Shown: piece by piece, positions 41,497 through 46,224 of the stretch
Layout: every line of letters begins with the position of its first letter
How positions within the stretch are numbered: position 1 is the first letter of the stretch
NCBI GenBank assembly: GCA_044507735.1
Contig: JBIQJB010000013.1
Coordinates: 8,507-54,730, forward strand
DNA from: Nitrosopumilales archaeon
Lineage (GTDB): Archaea > Thermoproteota > Nitrososphaeria > Nitrososphaerales > Nitrososphaeraceae
Direction of reading: 5' to 3'
Length of the DNA: 46,224 nucleotides
Notes under the pieces: model-generated
Told to the model about the DNA's origin: nothing
What the model saw: only the letters and a program-made list of their open reading frames with translations
The model's database searches: none
Made by a program: the position numbers and the translations under genes

Positions 41497-42366
41497 ATGG
41501 TAGACGTAACACTCGATCCATTCATCAGTTGCGGGCAGACAAGATGGGGCGTCAAAAACTGGCAGAATCAGAGCGGCGTTAACGCTGTTTTTGGCAGGAA
41601 CAACAGCTGCGGCCCAAGTGGCGCCGGGATAATAGTCGATAGGACAAACTACATCAAAGTGACTACTAAGAATAGCACATCGTTCCAAGGCGCATGGCAA
41701 GCAGGTATTCAAGGCACAGACCCTTGGGGCACCAAAGATACCGATGGCACGCAGCCCGCAGTGAACCACAATACAGTGATGCCATTGTCGTCAGGGCTAT
41801 TTTATCAGCTTGAGGTCCAGTACCTCTGGTACAGAAGTGCGACGAGCAAGCCGGCAAGCAGCACAGCCAACGTTATGGCCAACATGCTTGTCAATTTCTG
41901 GTTTGGCGACAAGACAAAGAAGGTGGTTGTAGGTGGAAAAACTAAGTACAAAGACGCGCTTGTGATAGACTTTTGCTTTGCCAATCTAAAGAATGATGCA
42001 GGTGTATGGGTCATAGATCCTTCCCATCCGGAAGGGTCGTTATATTCAACGCCACACAAAAATCCACAAACGGATCCTGACCTGGCAGGCGGTTATACCT
42101 ATCACTACGGACCAGTGTTGGACAATGGCGGTGTCAATGATGGACAGTGGTACGCGCCACCGACATCATCATACTACAAGACTATAACGAATATCATCAC
42201 GGATGCATTCAACTATCCATACCCTGGAGGCAGTCCAATACAGAGCAACTATGAACTTGTAGATGTTGAAGTGGGAGCAGAGATTTGGAGTAACAAGAAT
42301 ACTACCCCGTATGATGTGGGCACGCTGGTTGGAGCATTTTCCTTGTGTAAAGTAACCTACACTTGA
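41497..42366 (+). CDS. Beta-rich hypothetical protein, weakly GH12/concanavalin-like
   Basis: Aromatic- and Gly/Thr-rich. NMLVNFWF and YELVDVEVGAEIW resemble GH12 strands. Confidence 0.6.
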   Translation: MVDVTLDPFISCGQTRWGVKNWQNQSGVNAVFGRNNSCGPSGAGIIVDRTNYIKVTTKNSTSFQGAWQAGIQGTDPWGTKDTDGTQPAVNHNTVMPLSSGLFYQLEVQYLWYRSATSKPASSTANVMANMLVNFWFGDKTKKVVVGGKTKYKDALVIDFCFANLKNDAGVWVIDPSHPEGSLYSTPHKNPQTDPDLAGGYTYHYGPVLDNGGVNDGQWYAPPTSSYYKTITNIITDAFNYPYPGGSPIQSNYELVDVEVGAEIWSNKNTTPYDVGTLVGAFSLCKVTYT

Positions 42367-42453
42367 AATACGCCTTCCCATTCCTTTTATGGTGCAGGTT
42401 GTGTTGCGAGATGAATTCCTGTATACCCGACATGAATCGGAACAAGGAGAAAG

Positions 42454-43953
42454 GTGTCCCGGAAATTGAATAGCAATCATTTCAAGTATTTGGCAGTTAT
42501 TTGTCTAACACTGACCATAGTAGTCTCGTTCAACTATGCAGCAGCCCAATCGGCGCCATCTTACAAATTTGAGATATGGTCTAAACCAGCTGAAGAAGTA
42601 ACAGCCGGCTCGGTTATTCACATTCAAGGAAAGATCTGTCCTCCCCAAGATACAAGCTTGCCGGAGATTGGGAGAACCATCCGCACGTATTCTTACATAA
42701 CAATGCCAAACGGTACTCGGACAGTAGAGCAGTCGTTGCAGAGAACAGGTGAATATTGTAATGTGCCAGTACCCATAGATCTAGCTTCTATCACACCACG
42801 TATGGTTGGGACATGGTCTGTCTATGCAATAGCTAATTGGACGGCGGCTGGTGGCGTAGAAGAGCGACTACAAAGCGACACAGTTAGCTTTAAAGTCAAA
42901 GAAGAAAGCATGTTCCAAAGTTCACAGCATGAAAAGATAGCCGAGGTCAGCGATGGGACAAGGCTGGGGAGCTTTGACTGGAGCCCGGACGGCAAGTTTA
43001 TAGTCTTTACCCTGCTCAGTAGTAATGCAACAAACCAGCTTGGTGAAACAAGCACATTATGGATGATAGATTCAGATGGTAAGGGTTTAAGAAAAATTGA
43101 CCTTCCAATGGAGATGAATAATGTGTACGATCCAAGAGTTTCTCAGTCGAATGAGCAAGTTTTGTTTCTAGGATCCCATGCAGAAGGAGCCTCGACTTTC
43201 TTTGATGTCTTCAGGTATGACATAAAGAAGGGCAGCCTGACTCAGGTTACAAATACCAAGGCTAGCGACACTGGCATAATTGCATTTGATTGGTTGCCAG
43301 ATGGAAATAAAATAGTGTATTCAGAGACAGTTACCCGCAGTAATGACGGACAACATAGGCTATGGCTTGCAGACTTTGATGGAAATAAAATAAAAATGCT
43401 TTATGAAGGAGAATTAGCTTTTGCGAATCTTGATGTAAACCCAGACGGTAAAAAGATAGTAGCTGTAGATTTAACACCGAGAGGTCAGGGTGCGGAACCG
43501 CTCAGCGATATAGTCGTCTTTGACATAGTGAAAGATGAAATACATCAGCATATTGGAGATCCATCCTCATATGGCTGCCGCGTTATCCCGCGATGGAGCC
43601 CAAATAGCGAATTCGTTGTTTACAGTGTTGCCGCGTGTTTTCCCGCACCAGGAGGTCAGATAAGGATCACCCCAGTGGATGGGAGCTTTGACGAGATGAT
43701 TCTTGGTAGTTCCAGTGTCTCAATTGGAGCAGCTGCAGTCAGTCCAGACGGTAGATTCATTGTTTATGGAATTAACGATGCTAACGACAATGGCAAGGAT
43801 AGATCTACAGATAACACAGGGGTCTACAAAACAGAGCTTGGGAAGGTCATCCCGGAATTTCTAATGGCCCAGCTTATGGCAGCAATATCTATTGCAGGAT
43901 TGATTGTTGTATTCTCAATACGAAAAACATTATCGAGAGGGAATGTTATCTGA
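42454..43953 (+). CDS. Secreted TolB-like (PD40) beta-propeller surface protein with PEF-CTERM-like sorting signal
   Basis: Signal peptide; WSPDG, WLPDG, NPDG, WSPN and SPDG repeats; C-terminal VIPEF + TM + RK. Confidence 0.85.
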   Translation: MSRKLNSNHFKYLAVICLTLTIVVSFNYAAAQSAPSYKFEIWSKPAEEVTAGSVIHIQGKICPPQDTSLPEIGRTIRTYSYITMPNGTRTVEQSLQRTGEYCNVPVPIDLASITPRMVGTWSVYAIANWTAAGGVEERLQSDTVSFKVKEESMFQSSQHEKIAEVSDGTRLGSFDWSPDGKFIVFTLLSSNATNQLGETSTLWMIDSDGKGLRKIDLPMEMNNVYDPRVSQSNEQVLFLGSHAEGASTFFDVFRYDIKKGSLTQVTNTKASDTGIIAFDWLPDGNKIVYSETVTRSNDGQHRLWLADFDGNKIKMLYEGELAFANLDVNPDGKKIVAVDLTPRGQGAEPLSDIVVFDIVKDEIHQHIGDPSSYGCRVIPRWSPNSEFVVYSVAACFPAPGGQIRITPVDGSFDEMILGSSSVSIGAAAVSPDGRFIVYGINDANDNGKDRSTDNTGVYKTELGKVIPEFLMAQLMAAISIAGLIVVFSIRKTLSRGNVI

Positions 43954-44112
43954 AGTACTCTCTGTAACCTGATCAGCGCGCGGTATATGGCATTATCATA
44001 GTTATTTCATTGTATCATGCAATAAAATAACCATTCTTTATAACGGTTCATCACAGGTCTGGCACAATTTTCTTTCCTGCCTTAAATTCGTACAGTACCA
44101 TAGTATCTTGAG

Positions 44113-44352
44113 GTGAATGATGCAACAACCACAACAGAAGAAACGCAAATTGCAGACAAGCCACAGACCCGGGTCAGGATCAACACCGAAATAGAAGGTG
44201 AGCCGGCAAAGATACTGCTTGAGCTAAAGAAAAGAGGCCTTGTTTCAGACAACACCGATGCTGTCAACCAAGGCCTGCTTGTGCTGTACGACAGAACGCT
44301 AAGGCGGGACCTGGCTAGACTTCAGCTGCAGCGGTTAAAGGAGGTTCGGTAG
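44113..44352 (+). CDS. Ribbon-helix-helix (CopG-like) DNA-binding protein
   Basis: RVRINTEI beta strand followed by helices (LLELKKRGLVSDNTDAVNQGL). Confidence 0.7.
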   Translation: MNDATTTTEETQIADKPQTRVRINTEIEGEPAKILLELKKRGLVSDNTDAVNQGLLVLYDRTLRRDLARLQLQRLKEVR

Positions 44353-46064
44353 GCGCGGCGCCATCTTCTTTTTCTTTCCCCTTGCTTCCTTCTTTATCAC
44401 CTGCTAATTCTTCTTCAAACTTGTACACACTGCTGTTGGTCTTTATGGCATTGTCCAGAACGTCTTTAGCTCCTCCCGGCTTGTCCCATATTGCATCTAG
44501 CATCCTTCTAACATCTCTCTCATCCCTTGCCGCTTTGCATATCTTTTGAACCGTCACATCTTTTGGCACTCCTCTGTCACGTAATTTCATGTTAAAATCA
44601 GAAGCTCTTAGCAGCTGGACATTCAACCTCTCAGCATATTGAGCCAGCGTGATAGCGCTAGCACCATTGTTGCCACTTGCCATCTTTACGTGGATATCTT
44701 CAAAAGCTCCGCCGGCAAACCCCGACAACACCATTCTTTACCTGCCTTCCCTCCGGAGTATCAACGCCAAAGTCAGTGCTCCACTTCAACACGTTAAAGA
44801 AATCATCCAGGTCCCTCCTGCTCACAATCCCCCACTTGCATTCCAGCACGTATGTTACAGGCTTGGCAAACACCGAAGGTGTTACTGTCCAAACTCTGTC
44901 TACCTCAGCGCTCTGCCTCCTGTCCCCTACGCTTTTTATCAAATGAAGGGTAATGCGCCTTGGGTCCATCCTGCCGCTACCCTTACCGTTCTGTCTGTGG
45001 TTCTGCGTCCGAAATTCAGCACCAACTGTGAACCTGTCGATGAACCATTCAACACAAGCTTCCCAGTTGTGGCCTATTCTGTTTGCCCTTCCCTTGCTTA
45101 TCCTGATGTAGTTCTTTGCCATTTCCAAAGATGCGTTTAGGACTTCAGGGTTCATCGATTCGTGGTAGTAATAGCGATAGGCATCAAAAAGCTTGATCTC
45201 TTTGATAGATGGATAGAGCTGCGTAGCTCTCATAATGGCGGATTCAGCTTCCACCTCTGTTGCTGCCTTGAGCATGTCTTTAATTTGATTCACGCTTGTG
45301 ACTCTTCCAAGCTCTGTTTCACTTACCACCAAGTTTCTTATTGCAAGTACTCGCTGTACCAAAGGATTTGTTGATGCGTTATCCTTCAGAGCTTCGTTTG
45401 TACGAAGGACAGCTTGCTTTAATGCAGCAAGATCATCTCTTTGTTGTTGTTTATCTTCATCATGCTCAATCCATGTTATCAAATAGCCTTCCTGAAACGG
45501 TGACTGTGAATCGTGCGTCTGATATCCTCTCACATAAAGCAGTCCTTTCCTTTCGTACCTTCTGGCAGTTGTCATGATGTCTGGCATTGTTACTCCTTTT
45601 TCTTTCAATGCGTCGAATACCTCAGTGGAATAGAATGCCCTGTTGGAATTTTCTTTGAGGAAATTCAAGACAAGCTGAGCCTTGCTTTTGCTGCCCCTGT
45701 TGCCGCGCTTGTCAGAGTATTCAGGGCTGAATTGAATGAATGTGCGGCCGTCAATGACTATAGGAGTTTCTGCATCTGTTCCTTCTTCCCCTTGCTCCCT
45801 TTTGTCATTGATGATATACAGATGATACATCCTAGTGTTGCTCTTGAATCCAGCTCGACCCTTGAACTGCTTGTTATATTCGAACAGCGGCTTGTCTGTC
45901 CTTAGAATGAGGTGTTTCCTCCACAGGTTTGATAGCAGGTGAGATATTGCCTTTTCATCAATGCCGGTAATACTGACAATTTCTTTAGCTGATTTTGGCT
46001 TGCCATCTGCCAATGCTGTCAGTACTGCTTTTACGCAATAGTCCCTGCCATGTACAGCCATCAT
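44315..46064 (-). pseudogene. Tandem wHTH + PD-(D/E)XK (Mrr-like) protein of about 580 aa, interrupted by a frameshift near 44720
   Basis: Two wHTH-like segments, then RIGHNWE...EVDRVW...VLECKW. ...GVVGV continues as FAGGAF... in the neighbouring frame at GGGGTTT. Confidence 0.65.
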
Positions 46065-46210
46065 ATACTAGACCCTCCCAGATACTTAAGGCGGAAATTT
46101 GAGTTCGAACGGCTGCCTGTATTGTACGGTGCCGCAAAAAATCGATGTCGGTTATTCTTGCCTGTTTGCCCTAAAAGGGCAAGAATATTGCTCCTTTGGA
46201 CAAAGTAAGA

Positions 46211-46224
46211 TGGTGCGGGGGGTG
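46211..46224 (-). tRNA. 3' end of a probable tRNA-Leu cut by the window edge
   Basis: Reverse complement is CAC-CCCCCGC-A-CCA, matching the archaeal tRNA-Leu acceptor 3' strand, discriminator A and CCA. Only 14 nt are visible. Confidence 0.5.

Noticed and set aside
46065-46224. Second split integrase reading from the tRNA-Leu end into 46064
   Set aside because: An in-frame TAG lies two codons upstream of the ATG, and the protein has no tyrosine-recombinase motifs.

Overview
Archaeal DNA, most likely from a Nitrososphaera-like ammonia-oxidising thaumarchaeon. Supporting genes include purP, a TFB paralog, stand-alone Lrp/AsnC domains, a cupredoxin, mpgS, a PEF-CTERM-like protein and many small Cys-rich proteins. 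Housekeeping blocks (tatC/tatA, purP, asnB, mpgS, korAB, glmS, tfb, aconitase, pdxST, cax) flank two accessory regions. (1) A 10.8-kb element (14763-25584) is integrated in tRNA-Arg(TCG) and bounded by exact 48-bp direct repeats. Its SSV1-type tyrosine integrase is split by integration and rejoins in frame (~375 aa) on circularisation. The element carries an AbrB regulator, Zn-finger proteins, a D5/SF3 helicase with a SaPI-like origin candidate, a Type IIG R-M gene and a frameshifted PD-(D/E)XK nuclease. It also carries a tail tape-measure-like gene and a putative tail assembly chaperone, but no capsid, portal or terminase. This is the best candidate for a novel system: an archaeal virus satellite that may remodel or hijack the tail of a helper tailed virus. 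(2) A second island (~37.9-46.2 kb) lies next to a probable tRNA-Leu 3' end. It contains a secreted S1 protease, an array of 13 TGGTACCA-like boxes, a GH12-like protein, a beta-propeller surface protein, and a tandem-wHTH/PD-(D/E)XK gene convergent with an RHH gene. All calls are from motif reading by eye; no database searches were run.
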